Of a stretch of DNA of 64,000 nt, positions 28,268 through 37,916 are shown in pieces (within the stretch, counting starts at the first letter, position 1; each line of letters begins with the position of its first letter). Below the pieces are notes generated by a model. That model ran no database searches and was not told the DNA's origin. It saw nothing but the letters and a program-made list of their open reading frames with translations. The DNA is taken from assembly GCA_945877765.1 (NCBI GenBank), contig CAMDWQ010000003.1, forward strand, positions 52,168 to 116,167, written 5' to 3'. The translations under genes were made by a program, and so were the position numbers. The DNA comes from Candidatus Omnitrophota bacterium. GTDB lineage: Bacteria; Omnitrophota; Gorgyraeia; 2-02-FULL-51-18.

Positions 28268-29184
28268 ACGAAGTGATCAAAACCTCTGAAGGCTAACGGC
28301 TGTGCTTTTCCGGATCGATTTACCAACGCCACCCCATGCCTCTTGTGGACAATTTTTCCGACCGGCTTAAAAAAATCAGCTCTACGTTTAAATAAACATT
28401 GATTGAGCCGAGCGGCCTCTTTGGGCGAAAGCGTAAAAAGAAGCTCAAAATCCTCGCCGTCAGAGAGAGCTGCCTCCAAACCCAAAGCACCTGGTGCCAC
28501 TGGAACGGCCTCTTCACAGATAAGCGCCCCAACCGCGCTTTCTTGGGCGATCCGTCGAACGTCCCCCGCCAGCCCGTCAGAGAGGTCCATCATCGCATGA
28601 AGCTTGAAATTTTTTGCCAGAAAGTTAGCCTCCTCGATTCGCGGAGTAAATAGCAAATGCTTTTTTGACGCATAGGAGCCTCCGAGCTCCCCGCTGACAA
28701 AAATAACATCCCCCGCCTTTGCTCCTGAACGGCGCACGGCCTTGCCCTTGTCGCACTCCCCTATTAGCGCTACGGAAACAACCAGCTTCGCGGAACGATT
28801 GGTATCACCGCCGACAATATTCACGCCGAATTGTCTGGCCAGTGACCTAATCCCCAGGTAAAACTCCCCGACAAATTTTTTAGAAAGACTCGACGGAAGC
28901 CCCACAGAAATCACCGCGTGCCTGGGTGTGCCAGCCATTGCTGCAATGTCGCTTAAATTAACCGCCAGCGATTTACGGCCGATTTCAAAAGCGCTGGCTT
29001 CGTCCAAGCGAAAATGAATATCCTCAATCAACATATCCGTCGTGTAAAGAAGTTCTTTAGATGGGTGGGGCCTTAATATAGCAGTGTCGTCACCGATTCC
29101 CAAAATCACCGAACGGTCCGTGCGTGTTTGCTGGCGGATTATTTGGATAATATCAAATTCGCCGGCAGCATTCACTGATTTCAT
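28264..29184 (-). CDS. thiL: Thiamine-monophosphate kinase
   Basis: GEFDIIQ ... GIGDDTAIL ... AIR-synthase-related fold. Confidence 0.8.
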   Translation of the reverse strand: MKSVNAAGEFDIIQIIRQQTRTDRSVILGIGDDTAILRPHPSKELLYTTDMLIEDIHFRLDEASAFEIGRKSLAVNLSDIAAMAGTPRHAVISVGLPSSLSKKFVGEFYLGIRSLARQFGVNIVGGDTNRSAKLVVSVALIGECDKGKAVRRSGAKAGDVIFVSGELGGSYASKKHLLFTPRIEEANFLAKNFKLHAMMDLSDGLAGDVRRIAQESAVGALICEEAVPVAPGALGLEAALSDGEDFELLFTLSPKEAARLNQCLFKRRADFFKPVGKIVHKRHGVALVNRSGKAQPLAFRGFDHFV

Positions 29185-30230
29185 GGGATAGACAGCGATT
29201 TAAAGCCAAGGGTAAAACTTACCATCAGAAGATTGTGAACCACGTGAGCTGTCATCGAAGGAACCAGTGAACCTGTTTTTTCGTACAGGTAGCAAAGCAT
29301 CATCCCTAAAATAAAAATAGGCAGGAAAGCCGCCAAATTGACATGAAACGCCGCAAAAATTAGCGACGATAGAATCATGGCGGGGATCACCCCGAATCGG
29401 CCGCGAAAAGCCTTGTAGGTGAATCCTCTAAAAAAAATTTCCTCCATGATAGGCCCAATCCCCGCAACAAAAAAAGTAAAAAAAAGTAAATAGGACTGCG
29501 AAGAATCTTTCAGATAAATTTGGACCACATTTTGCGGCGGGGGCTCGTAGGATAAAACCTTCGCCACTAGCACCACAACCAACAAAGTAATAAAAAGAAC
29601 CGGCAGCACGGCCACATAGCCCACGAGGCCGCGGCCTATGTTTCTAAAAAAATCCTTCATCGATAAGCCCAAGTCCGAGAGCCGATGGCCAAGCCTGCGA
29701 ATCAGAAAAATAATAAACAGCGCCGCCAGCGCACCGCGCAGAAGACTATTAGCCATGAGTAAAAAATCCTGCGGAATATCAGGTGTTCCGCTCCAATAAT
29801 AAATAAGAACCTCAATGATGAGCAGAATCGCTTCAATAAAAAACATGAAGATGGTGGCGCTAAAGACATGAGTCCAGTCCCACCGAACAGATTCGTGAGA
29901 CAAACTCGACCCAATCCAAACCTTGTTCTCCCTCAGAGCCAAATAGAAGCGCACATTCAAAAAAAGGCCTATCAAAAAAATAAATAATAGTACCAGAGTA
30001 GCGGCTTGGAGGATTCTAGGATTCTCAGCAATTTTCTTTTCAAAAACTTTCTCTTTTTCTTTAAACTCTTGAAACAGGGAGGCATTGCTTGGCACTGGCG
30101 CTAACGAAGGCTCGTACCGTGACTTGAGCGAATGCGCTCCCAAAATTGAAATCATATAAAATGCTGAGATGAATAAAAGCATTCCCGCAGTGAAAGCATT
30201 GGCTCTCAAAAAGGTTATAAATCGATTCAT
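29181..30230 (-). CDS. CPBP family intramembrane metalloprotease (CAAX protease/Abi-like)
   Basis: EEIFFRGF ... FAAFH ... HVVHN motif triad; multi-TM. Confidence 0.75.
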   Translation of the reverse strand: MNRFITFLRANAFTAGMLLFISAFYMISILGAHSLKSRYEPSLAPVPSNASLFQEFKEKEKVFEKKIAENPRILQAATLVLLFIFLIGLFLNVRFYLALRENKVWIGSSLSHESVRWDWTHVFSATIFMFFIEAILLIIEVLIYYWSGTPDIPQDFLLMANSLLRGALAALFIIFLIRRLGHRLSDLGLSMKDFFRNIGRGLVGYVAVLPVLFITLLVVVLVAKVLSYEPPPQNVVQIYLKDSSQSYLLFFTFFVAGIGPIMEEIFFRGFTYKAFRGRFGVIPAMILSSLIFAAFHVNLAAFLPIFILGMMLCYLYEKTGSLVPSMTAHVVHNLLMVSFTLGFKSLSIP

Positions 30231-31003
30231 GGGCGGTCTTTTAAGCTAAAAAAAAGACGAGCGGTCTCAGAGGTGACCCTTTCGATTTCTTCGCGCGCAA
30301 CACTTCTTTTTTCGGCCAAAAAATCAGCAAGATGAGTCAGGCAACAGGGCTCATTTCGCTTTCCGCGAAAGATTTGGGGTGCCAGATAGGGCGAGTCCGT
30401 TTCAAGCATGATTTTATCAAGTGGCACCGCGCGCGCCACTTCTGCCAGCGATACCGCATTCTTAAATGTCAAATTACACGTAAAGGAGATCAAAAAACCA
30501 AGATCAAAAAGCGCCTTCGCCGCCGCCTCGTCGTACGAAAAACAGTGCATCACTCCCCGCAGCTTTCCCTGCCCCTCCTTTTTTAGGATCTCATACGTAT
30601 CGGCAAACGCCTCGCGCGAGTGGACAATGACCGGCAGATCCTGCTCCAACGCCAGACCTATCATTTGAACAAATGTTTTTTTCTGATCCTCGTGCGAAGA
30701 TTGGCTTTTAAAGTAATCCAAACCAATCTCGCCAATGGCCACCGGCTTTGTTTCCTGGACAAAACTTCTTACTGCGGCAAATTCGGCGTCATTAAACTCG
30801 CCCGCGCTGTGCGGATGAAATCCTGCAGTGTGAAAAATGGTTTTGTATTTTAAAGCCAACTCGTAAGAGGCTCTGTTGGTCGGTCCATCAATACCAACGT
30901 TCACCATGTACTGAATCCCAAATTCCTTGGCTCGAGCAATGACGGCCTCACGGTCCAGATCAAAAGCATCCATATAAAGATGGCAGTGCGTGTCGATAAT
31001 CAT
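30227..31003 (-). CDS. tatD: TatD family metal-dependent hydrolase/DNase
   Basis: MIIDTHCHLYMDAFDLDREAV ... TIM-barrel His/Asp motifs. Confidence 0.85.
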   Translation of the reverse strand: MIIDTHCHLYMDAFDLDREAVIARAKEFGIQYMVNVGIDGPTNRASYELALKYKTIFHTAGFHPHSAGEFNDAEFAAVRSFVQETKPVAIGEIGLDYFKSQSSHEDQKKTFVQMIGLALEQDLPVIVHSREAFADTYEILKKEGQGKLRGVMHCFSYDEAAAKALFDLGFLISFTCNLTFKNAVSLAEVARAVPLDKIMLETDSPYLAPQIFRGKRNEPCCLTHLADFLAEKRSVAREEIERVTSETARLFFSLKDRP

Positions 31004-32145
31004 GTGGCGGATTTCCTTAGGCGCTCGACAATGGCCGGCAGCTCCGAGAGTACGTAATCCACTTCATTTTCGGTGGTAAAACGCCCCAGAGAAAATCGGA
31101 CCGCTGCGCGTGCCATTTTCTCATCCAGCCCCATCGCCAACAGAGCGTGGGATGGCTCAATCGATCCGGCCGTGCACGCCGAGCCGGTGGAGACAAAAAT
31201 ATTCTTAAGATCCAAATTGACAAGGATGGTTTCGCCGTCCAATCCTTCAAACGAAACGTTGAGCGTATTATAAATTCTTGATTTGGGATCTCCGTTCAGA
31301 CGAACTCCCTGAATTTTTTTCCAGATACCCTCTTCCAGGCGGTTTCGAAGGCCTTCCACCCTCTTGGACTCGGTGGTACGATTTTTTTGAGCCAGCTCAG
31401 CCGCTTTTCCAAAGCCAACAATCGCCGGCACATTTTCTGTTCCCGGCCTGATGTTCTTTTCCTGATGCCCGCCGTAAAAAACAGGCTTAATTTTTAATCC
31501 CTTTCGAATATAGAAGGCCCCGGATCCCTTGGGACCACAAATTTTGTGCGCGGAAATGGAAAGAAGATCAATTCCTGCTTCTGCGGGATGAATCTGCATT
31601 TTGCCAAAAGACTGAACAGCGTCCACATGAAAGTAGGCGCCTTTTTCATGGGCAATCTGGGCCGCTTCGCTGATCGGTTGAATCGTGCCAATCTCATTGT
31701 TCACATGCATGAGACTCACCAAAGAGGTGTGCTCTGTGACCGATTTTTTAAGAATATCCAAATCGACGATTCCGTGAGCATTTACCGGCACCACCGTCAC
31801 CTCACAACCAAGACCGCCGAGATATTTAGCCGTGCTCAACACCGCCTGATGCTCGATTGAGGAAACCACCAAATGCTTGCGCTCAAGAAGACGCGAAACC
31901 ATCGTACCGCGGAGCGCTAGATTATCCGATTCTGTGCCCCCCGAAGTAAAGATGACATCCCCCGGCTCAACAGCGAGCAAATCGGCTAATTTTTCGCGCG
32001 CATGTTCCACCGCGTGGCGTGCCGCCTGCCCTTTGCGATGAATGCTCGATGCGTTGGCAAACTCCTCCGTAAAATACGGCCTCATCGCCTCTAAAACAGA
32101 AGCGTCTACCGGAGTTGTTGCGTTGTAATCTAAATAAGCTTCCAT
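31000..32145 (-). CDS. Cysteine desulfurase (IscS/NifS family, class V aminotransferase)
   Basis: YLDYNATTPVD ... SAHKICGPKGSGAFYIRKG (PLP-Lys) ... GSACTAGS. Confidence 0.85.
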   Translation of the reverse strand: MEAYLDYNATTPVDASVLEAMRPYFTEEFANASSIHRKGQAARHAVEHAREKLADLLAVEPGDVIFTSGGTESDNLALRGTMVSRLLERKHLVVSSIEHQAVLSTAKYLGGLGCEVTVVPVNAHGIVDLDILKKSVTEHTSLVSLMHVNNEIGTIQPISEAAQIAHEKGAYFHVDAVQSFGKMQIHPAEAGIDLLSISAHKICGPKGSGAFYIRKGLKIKPVFYGGHQEKNIRPGTENVPAIVGFGKAAELAQKNRTTESKRVEGLRNRLEEGIWKKIQGVRLNGDPKSRIYNTLNVSFEGLDGETILVNLDLKNIFVSTGSACTAGSIEPSHALLAMGLDEKMARAAVRFSLGRFTTENEVDYVLSELPAIVERLRKSAT

Positions 32146-32165
32146 ATTTTCATCCCAGTCAATCC

Positions 32166-32215
32166 GTCATCCCAACCAAACCGTCATTCCCGAGAGTTCT
32201 AATCGGGAATCAAAC
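32166..32215. repeat. REP-like element (partial first arm plus complete second hairpin), directly abutting family-2 copy C
   Basis: gtcatcccaaccaaacc + gtcattcccgagagttctaatcgggaatcaaac. Confidence 0.65.
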
Positions 32216-32236
32216 TTGGTATTAACGTGTTCTTCG

Positions 32237-32416
32237 GTGTTGCGCCGGGGCCTGTCCGGGGAAGCTTTTCGGGCCGGCGTTTAATTTGCCCCGCCGTGGC
32301 AAATTAAACTCGATAGATAAGGACTCGCTCGTCCCATCTATTACGATGGGACACCATGGCCGCTCGTCTTATCTACGCGTCCCAAAAAGATTCCCCGGCC
32401 ACCCGGCGCGGTGTTA
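32237..32416 (-). repeat. Copy C of family-2 structured repeat, in inverted orientation, between the cysteine desulfurase gene and metG. It is flanked by the direct repeat GGTGTT.
   Basis: The reverse complement aligns to copies A and B over the whole core. The outer imperfect IR is gcgccgggg..ccggggaa..ttttcggg / cccaaaaag..ttccccgg..cccggcgc. GGTGTT occurs at both ends. Confidence 0.75.
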
Positions 32417-32421
32417 AAAAA

Positions 32422-34062
32422 CTATTCTTTTTTAGCTTCAATTCTTGGAAAAAGAGGCGTGCCCTTTTCAATTTTTCCGCCTGCCTTAAAATAACCCCAT
32501 ACATCGTCACAAAAAGGTGACTCCGTGATAGGTTTTTTAATCCCCAATTGTCGTCTAATCGCTTCCCCGGTCTCAGGAATAAATGGACCAACCACCTCAG
32601 CAATAAATCTTAAGACCTCCAAAAGGGAAAGAATCACCAAAGCTAGTTCGTCTTTGTTTTCCTGTTTCGCCAATTTCCAAGGAGCTGTGAGTTCTATATA
32701 TTTATTTGCTTCGCTAATTAATTGCCAAATATCAGAAATAGCGTTTGAAAAATCAAGTTTTTCAAAATAACCAGGCAATCTTCTTGAGCGATCATTCATG
32801 GCTATTCTTAATGCATAAGACCTGGCAACTATTTCGTTATCGCCCAATTGAATCAATTTTTCTTTTTCCGGATACTCCTGCCCCGAGAACGCGCTAAATC
32901 GATCTAAAAAAGGATTGTCTCTCGGGATATTTCCATCAAAATATTTTTCGCACATCGTAAGGGTGCGGTGAAGAAGATTCCCCAAGTCGTTGGCCAAGTC
33001 TGTATTAAAGCGACTGGTTAGGGCTTCTTCAGAGAAAGTTCCATCCGAACCAAATGGCGCCTCACTCAACAGAAAATACCGGTACGGATCAACGCCATAG
33101 GTTTTTACAATTTCGATGGGGTCCACGGCATTGCCTTTGGATTTGGACATTTTTTCTCCGCCGGTCACCCACCAGCCGTGGGCGAAGATCATTTTTGGCA
33201 ATTCAAGCTCAAGCGCATACAAAAGTATCGGCCAGATCACTGCATGATGCCGGATAATGTCTTTACCAATGATGTGGACATCGGCGGGCCACCATTTTTT
33301 CATCTGGGCGTCATCTGAGCCATAGCCAACCGCTGAGACATAATTAATGAGAGCGTCAAACCAAACATACGTCACATGATCCGGATCAAACGGAATAGGA
33401 ATGCCCCATGCCAGGCGATTTTTCGGACGCGAAACGCTTAAGTCTGTTAGTTTGTTATGCTCCAAAAATCCCAAAACTTCATTTCGGCGCGTCTCAGGAA
33501 GAATCTTAAATTTTCCCTGTCGGATATCCTGGGTCAAGCGCTCTTGATAAGCAGACATTCGGAAAAAATAGGTGTCCTCTTTCATTTGTTCAACAGGTTT
33601 TTTGCAATCAGGACACAATCCTGGGTTGTTGGGGTCCAACAACCCCTCGGTGATAAACGTTTCGCAGGAAACGCAATACCAGCCGTCGTACGTGTGGGAA
33701 TAAAGGATATTCTCACCGTTAATCTTTTTGTCTTTAAGTTTTTCCCAGACGTACCGGACCGTTTTCTTATGGCGTTCTTCTGTCGTGCGGATGAAATCAT
33801 CGTTGGAAATGTTCAAGAGCTTCCAAAGATCGCTGAAGGTCTGTGATATTTTGTCTGTAAACTCCTGCGGAGCCATGCCTGCAGCCTGCGCGGCCTTATC
33901 GATTTTCTGGCCATGCTCGTCGGTGCCCGTCAGAAATTTGACCTCGTTGCCAATAAGGCGGTTAAAACGCGCCAGCGCATCGGCGGCGATGTTGGTATAC
34001 GAGTGGCCGATGTGGGGCCTGGAATTGACATAATAGAGCGGGGTGGTCAGATAATATTTCAT
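32422..34062 (-). CDS. metG: Methionyl-tRNA synthetase (short form). The probable start is the Met at 34062.
   Basis: YYLTTPLYYVNSRPHIGHSYT (HIGH) ... KMSKSKGN (KMSKS). Confidence 0.9.
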   Translation of the reverse strand: MKYYLTTPLYYVNSRPHIGHSYTNIAADALARFNRLIGNEVKFLTGTDEHGQKIDKAAQAAGMAPQEFTDKISQTFSDLWKLLNISNDDFIRTTEERHKKTVRYVWEKLKDKKINGENILYSHTYDGWYCVSCETFITEGLLDPNNPGLCPDCKKPVEQMKEDTYFFRMSAYQERLTQDIRQGKFKILPETRRNEVLGFLEHNKLTDLSVSRPKNRLAWGIPIPFDPDHVTYVWFDALINYVSAVGYGSDDAQMKKWWPADVHIIGKDIIRHHAVIWPILLYALELELPKMIFAHGWWVTGGEKMSKSKGNAVDPIEIVKTYGVDPYRYFLLSEAPFGSDGTFSEEALTSRFNTDLANDLGNLLHRTLTMCEKYFDGNIPRDNPFLDRFSAFSGQEYPEKEKLIQLGDNEIVARSYALRIAMNDRSRRLPGYFEKLDFSNAISDIWQLISEANKYIELTAPWKLAKQENKDELALVILSLLEVLRFIAEVVGPFIPETGEAIRRQLGIKKPITESPFCDDVWGYFKAGGKIEKGTPLFPRIEAKKE

Positions 34063-34075
34063 AAACTTTCTTTTT

Positions 34076-34951
34076 TTAAAATTTTTCAGCCAACGCCAAC
34101 TCATCCCGAAGCACAGATAGAGCCAGCTTAAGATTAGCGGACGCCTTCATATTTTCATAAAATTTTGAAAGAACATCTATTCTATCTGCCAAATCGTCTT
34201 CAGAGAAGCTGTTTAAAGCTCTCTCCTTAAGAGGTCTGTCCTCGATAAATCCGAGCAACTGCTCAGCGCCGGCACTTAAAATCAGCATGTCACGTAAATC
34301 GCTAATCGCCAAATTCAGCACTTTTAGCGCCCCTTCACGTTCTAGTGATACCGTGTCGGCTGTCTTCCACTCATGCTCTCCGCAAATGAAAGCCAAGAGT
34401 TCGTGTCGGGCGGCCTGGATCTCGGGGTCAGGCGCCACGTCGCTAACCACCGGCAAAAAATGAATCGTCTGGACACGCGAACGTATTGTCGGAAGCAGCT
34501 TTTCTGCCGCATAACAAATTAATATAAAATGAGTTCCGTTTGGAGGCTCTTCGAGCGTTTTCAAGATTGCGTTTTGAGCGATGTCGTTCATCAGCTCGGC
34601 ATGATCAATGACAAATATTTTTACAGGAGCCTGAAAAGGCTTAAAACTGGCCTTTCCAATCAATTCACGAATCGATTCGATTTTAATCGCATGCCCCTCT
34701 TGGGGCTCAAGAATCAGAAAATCGGGATGATGCCCTGCGGTGATTTGCCGGCAATGGGGGCACTCACCGCAAGACTCCTCATTTTTTTTATTCCCACAAA
34801 AAATAGTTTTTGCCAAATTGGCGGCAACCTCTCTCTGACCCGCTTCCAAAGGCCCCAAAAATAAAAGAGCATGCGGCAGCCTATTTCTTTCCAAGTATTT
34901 TTTGAGAGTGGCCGCCACTGCTGGCTGCAAAAGATTAGCTTTCAAGGACAC
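34076..34951 (-). CDS. holB: DNA polymerase III delta' subunit
   Basis: HALLFLGPLEAGQREVAANLAKTIFC AAA+ clamp-loader motif. Confidence 0.75.
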   Translation of the reverse strand: MSLKANLLQPAVAATLKKYLERNRLPHALLFLGPLEAGQREVAANLAKTIFCGNKKNEESCGECPHCRQITAGHHPDFLILEPQEGHAIKIESIRELIGKASFKPFQAPVKIFVIDHAELMNDIAQNAILKTLEEPPNGTHFILICYAAEKLLPTIRSRVQTIHFLPVVSDVAPDPEIQAARHELLAFICGEHEWKTADTVSLEREGALKVLNLAISDLRDMLILSAGAEQLLGFIEDRPLKERALNSFSEDDLADRIDVLSKFYENMKASANLKLALSVLRDELALAEKF

Positions 34952-35585
34952 GTAAAATCTCCAATTTTATTTTTTCATGAACTACTTCAATAGAATCTTT
35001 TGGTACTATCTGCAGGCAACGAAACCGGCTGGGCTCCTGCCGCGCAATCCATCGATAACCTTGGCGGACCCGTTGATGAAAAAGAAGGGCTTTCCTCTCC
35101 ATGCGATCTGCCTTTTTATGGGACACCGCGCGCCGCAGCCCCACCGCTAAGGGTAAATCTAAAAATAAACTAAGAGCCGGCTTGACTCCTTGAGTAGCTT
35201 TTTCTGCAAGAGACTGAATCCACTTGGCATCCACACTCCCGCCAAATCCCTGATACGCCACCGTTGCATCCGACCAGCGGTCACACAAAACAATTTCACC
35301 TTTAGCCAGACGCGGGGCAATAATTTCCTCCACCAGCTGGGCACGACTAGCCATGTAGAGCAGAGTTTCCGTCACAGCAGTAAGCGATTTATTTTTATTA
35401 TCCAAAAGGATTTCACGGATCGCATCCCCCACGCGCGTGCCGCCGGGCTCGCGTGTTAAAAAAACGCGCCTTTGCTTCTTTTTTAAAAATTGATAAAGCA
35501 GTTTTATCTGGGTTGATTTTCCGCAACCCTCGTTGCCCTCCAGCGTAATCAACATTCCTTTTTTCTTCACAGCCGGACCCTCCAA
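34935..35585 (-). CDS. tmk: Thymidylate kinase
   Basis: ITLEGNEGCGKSTQIKLL P-loop; DRW lid motif. Confidence 0.9.
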   Translation of the reverse strand: MEGPAVKKKGMLITLEGNEGCGKSTQIKLLYQFLKKKQRRVFLTREPGGTRVGDAIREILLDNKNKSLTAVTETLLYMASRAQLVEEIIAPRLAKGEIVLCDRWSDATVAYQGFGGSVDAKWIQSLAEKATQGVKPALSLFLDLPLAVGLRRAVSHKKADRMERKALLFHQRVRQGYRWIARQEPSRFRCLQIVPKDSIEVVHEKIKLEILRVLES

Positions 35586-36988
35586 GTCGTGCGGCCATCA
35601 GCTAAATCGCGCAGCTCAATATGGCGTTGGGTTAGCAAACGATTTCTGATCTCGTCCGCTTTCGCAAAATCTTTATTTTTACGTGCAGCGGCGCGTTCGG
35701 CGATTCCCCGCTCGATCTCAGGCTTGATGGCGCTGGCGTCTTCGCTTTGGTCAAATACGACGCCAAACACTTCCGAACCAAAATTCCGGATAGCGGCGGC
35801 GGCGCTTACCTGAGCGATCTGGTCCTTGGATTTATAGGTTTCGTGGATCAACCCCTGCATCAGCGTCAGCACTTCCGGCGTGTTGAAATCATTATCCATC
35901 GCCTGACGGAAAGACTGGTGAATCTCCGTCACCCGTTTCTCGGCCAGTTTGACCCCGCTCTTCTCCACTGCGCGCGAGGAATCAAAAAAATCAAGGAAGC
36001 GCCTCCAGATCTGCCGCTCCATCTTGACGCGCTCAGGCGTATAATCCAGCGGCGCACTGTAATGAGTCCCCAAAAAAGACAGCTTCAATATTTCATCGCC
36101 AAAACTAGGGTCTTCTTTCATGACTTCGGTCAGCGTGATAAAATTTTTAAGCGACTTAGACATTTTTTTTCCGCTGATCGTGATCAAGCCATGGTGCATC
36201 CACAGATTCACAAAAGGATTTCCTGTCGCACAACAAGACTGAGCATTTTCATTCTCATGATGCGGAAAAATCAAGTCACGTCCACCGCCATGAATGTCAA
36301 AAGCCCCGTTAAAATACGAAAGACTCATCGCCGAACACTCGATGTGCCATCCGGGACGTCCCCTTTTACCCGCAACAGGTCCTTCCCAAGAAGGTTCTCC
36401 TTCTTTGGTTTCCTTCCAGAGCGCAAAGTCCAAGGGGTAGCGTTTGAGTGGATTGGCTTCCACACGCGCATCTTCGAGCATCTGATCCATGCGCTGGTGA
36501 GAAACTTCGCCGTATTTGCCAAACGAACTGACTTCAAAATAGACGTCTCCGCCCGCAATATAAGCGTGTTTTTTCTCTATCAAACTTTTAATCATCTCAA
36601 TCATCTGAGGAATAAACTCAGTCGCCTTAGGCTCAAAATCAGGATCCTGCAAACCTAAGCGCTTGAGGTCCTTTTTATAAAGTTCAAAATATTTTCCCGA
36701 AACTTGGGCAGTAGCCTCGTTTAAGTCCGCCATCCCCAGCGTGCGCGCTTTTTCAATGATCTTGTCATCCACATCGGTCACATTTCGAGCAAACTTCACC
36801 TGGTAGCCTGAAAACTTAAGATAGTTTCGCACCATGTCAAAAACGTAGGCAGAGCGCAAATGTCCAATATGCGGCTCGTCATAGACGGTGGGACCGCAAA
36901 CGTACATTTTAACCTCTTTGCCTTTAGGATCTAAAAGCCTGAGGTCTTCTTTTTGCTTCGTTAGAGAGTTGTAAATACGAATAGGCAT
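35567..36988 (-). CDS. cysS: Cysteinyl-tRNA synthetase
   Basis: YVCGPTVYDEPHIGHLRS (HIGH) ... KMSKSLKN (KMSKS). Confidence 0.9.
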   Translation of the reverse strand: MPIRIYNSLTKQKEDLRLLDPKGKEVKMYVCGPTVYDEPHIGHLRSAYVFDMVRNYLKFSGYQVKFARNVTDVDDKIIEKARTLGMADLNEATAQVSGKYFELYKKDLKRLGLQDPDFEPKATEFIPQMIEMIKSLIEKKHAYIAGGDVYFEVSSFGKYGEVSHQRMDQMLEDARVEANPLKRYPLDFALWKETKEGEPSWEGPVAGKRGRPGWHIECSAMSLSYFNGAFDIHGGGRDLIFPHHENENAQSCCATGNPFVNLWMHHGLITISGKKMSKSLKNFITLTEVMKEDPSFGDEILKLSFLGTHYSAPLDYTPERVKMERQIWRRFLDFFDSSRAVEKSGVKLAEKRVTEIHQSFRQAMDNDFNTPEVLTLMQGLIHETYKSKDQIAQVSAAAAIRNFGSEVFGVVFDQSEDASAIKPEIERGIAERAAARKNKDFAKADEIRNRLLTQRHIELRDLADGRTTWRVRL

Positions 36989-37001
36989 ATTTTTTAAGCA
37001 C

Positions 37002-37168
37002 GAGGCGGTTTAGCGATAAATCTTTTATGGCCGCGTTGATGAGGCGAACGGCCATGGTGTCCCCATCGTAGTAGATGGGGACGAGCGAGCCCTCATCTAT
37101 CGAGTTAAATTTTCCTCGGAGGGGAAAATTTAACGCCGGCCAGAAAAGATTTATCGCTAAACCGCCTC
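37002..37168 (+). repeat. Copy B of family-2 structured repeat (perfect 25-bp outer inverted repeat), sitting exactly between cysE and cysS
   Basis: Outer IR gaggcggtttagcgataaatctttt / aaaagatttatcgctaaaccgcctc. Same core as copy A, with compensatory substitutions in each stem. Confidence 0.8.
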
Positions 37169-37171
37169 ACA

Positions 37172-37912
37172 CTAAGACTTTGGTTTTTTATCCTTTAGCT
37201 CATCTTCAATCTTTTGAATTTCCTGCTCAATTTTGTCCAGCGTCTGATTTAGCGGATCCGGCAGGTTGCAATAATCAACATCCCCTTTATCTACACGCTG
37301 GCCTTCGCGGCGGGTAATGCGGCCGGGAACTCCAACCACGGTGGAGTTAGCGGGTACATCGTGAATTACCACGGCATTCGCGCCAACGCTGACATTATCC
37401 CCTAACACAATATTGCCCAACACTTTGGCACCGGCACCTACAACCACGTTATTTCCCAGAGTCGGATGTCTCTTTCCCTTTTCTTTACCGGTACCGCCAA
37501 GCGTTACACCCTGAAAAAGAGTGACATTCTCCCCAATTATCGTCGTTTCCCCAATCACCACTCCCATCCCGTGATCGATAAAAAGACCTTTACCGATCTG
37601 CGCACCCGGGTGAATTTCGATACCGGTAAACAAGCGCGACCACTGGGAGATCACTCGGGCGATAAAATGAAGCTTTAAACGATAAAAAATATGCGCGATC
37701 CGGTAAGAGAAAAACGCGCTGATGCCCGGATAAGTCAAAATGATCACAAGGCTTCCCGTGGCGGCCGGATCGCGTTCGAGTGTAGCCCGGATTTCATGCC
37801 GAAAAAAAATCTTGTAAACAATGATCTTGAGGATCACCAGAAACAGGATTAAAATAAAACCTACAACAATTCCGGCTAGACCTAAAAATAAAAGAAAAAA
37901 GGGGATGCCCAC
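37172..37912 (-). CDS. cysE: Serine O-acetyltransferase. The hydrophobic N-terminal ~35 aa in the ORF track are probably an upstream over-extension.
   Basis: ATLERDPAA ... hexapeptide-repeat left-handed beta-helix GIEIHPGAQIGKGLFIDHGMGVVIGETTIIG. Confidence 0.85.
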   Translation of the reverse strand: MGIPFFLLFLGLAGIVVGFILILFLVILKIIVYKIFFRHEIRATLERDPAATGSLVIILTYPGISAFFSYRIAHIFYRLKLHFIARVISQWSRLFTGIEIHPGAQIGKGLFIDHGMGVVIGETTIIGENVTLFQGVTLGGTGKEKGKRHPTLGNNVVVGAGAKVLGNIVLGDNVSVGANAVVIHDVPANSTVVGVPGRITRREGQRVDKGDVDYCNLPDPLNQTLDKIEQEIQKIEDELKDKKPKS

Positions 37913-37916
37913 AGTA

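Noticed and set aside
37030-37050. Hammerhead-ribozyme-like CUGAUGAG...GAA string in family-2 copy B
   Set aside because: The corresponding positions in copies A and C read AGATAAG...GAG and co-vary as part of a helix. They are not conserved catalytic nucleotides.
37800-37912. Apparent N-terminal transmembrane helix on serine acetyltransferase (CysE)
   Set aside because: This is most likely an over-extended ORF (the track starts at a GTG). A downstream in-frame GTG gives a normal-length short-form CysE beginning just before the DPAA motif.
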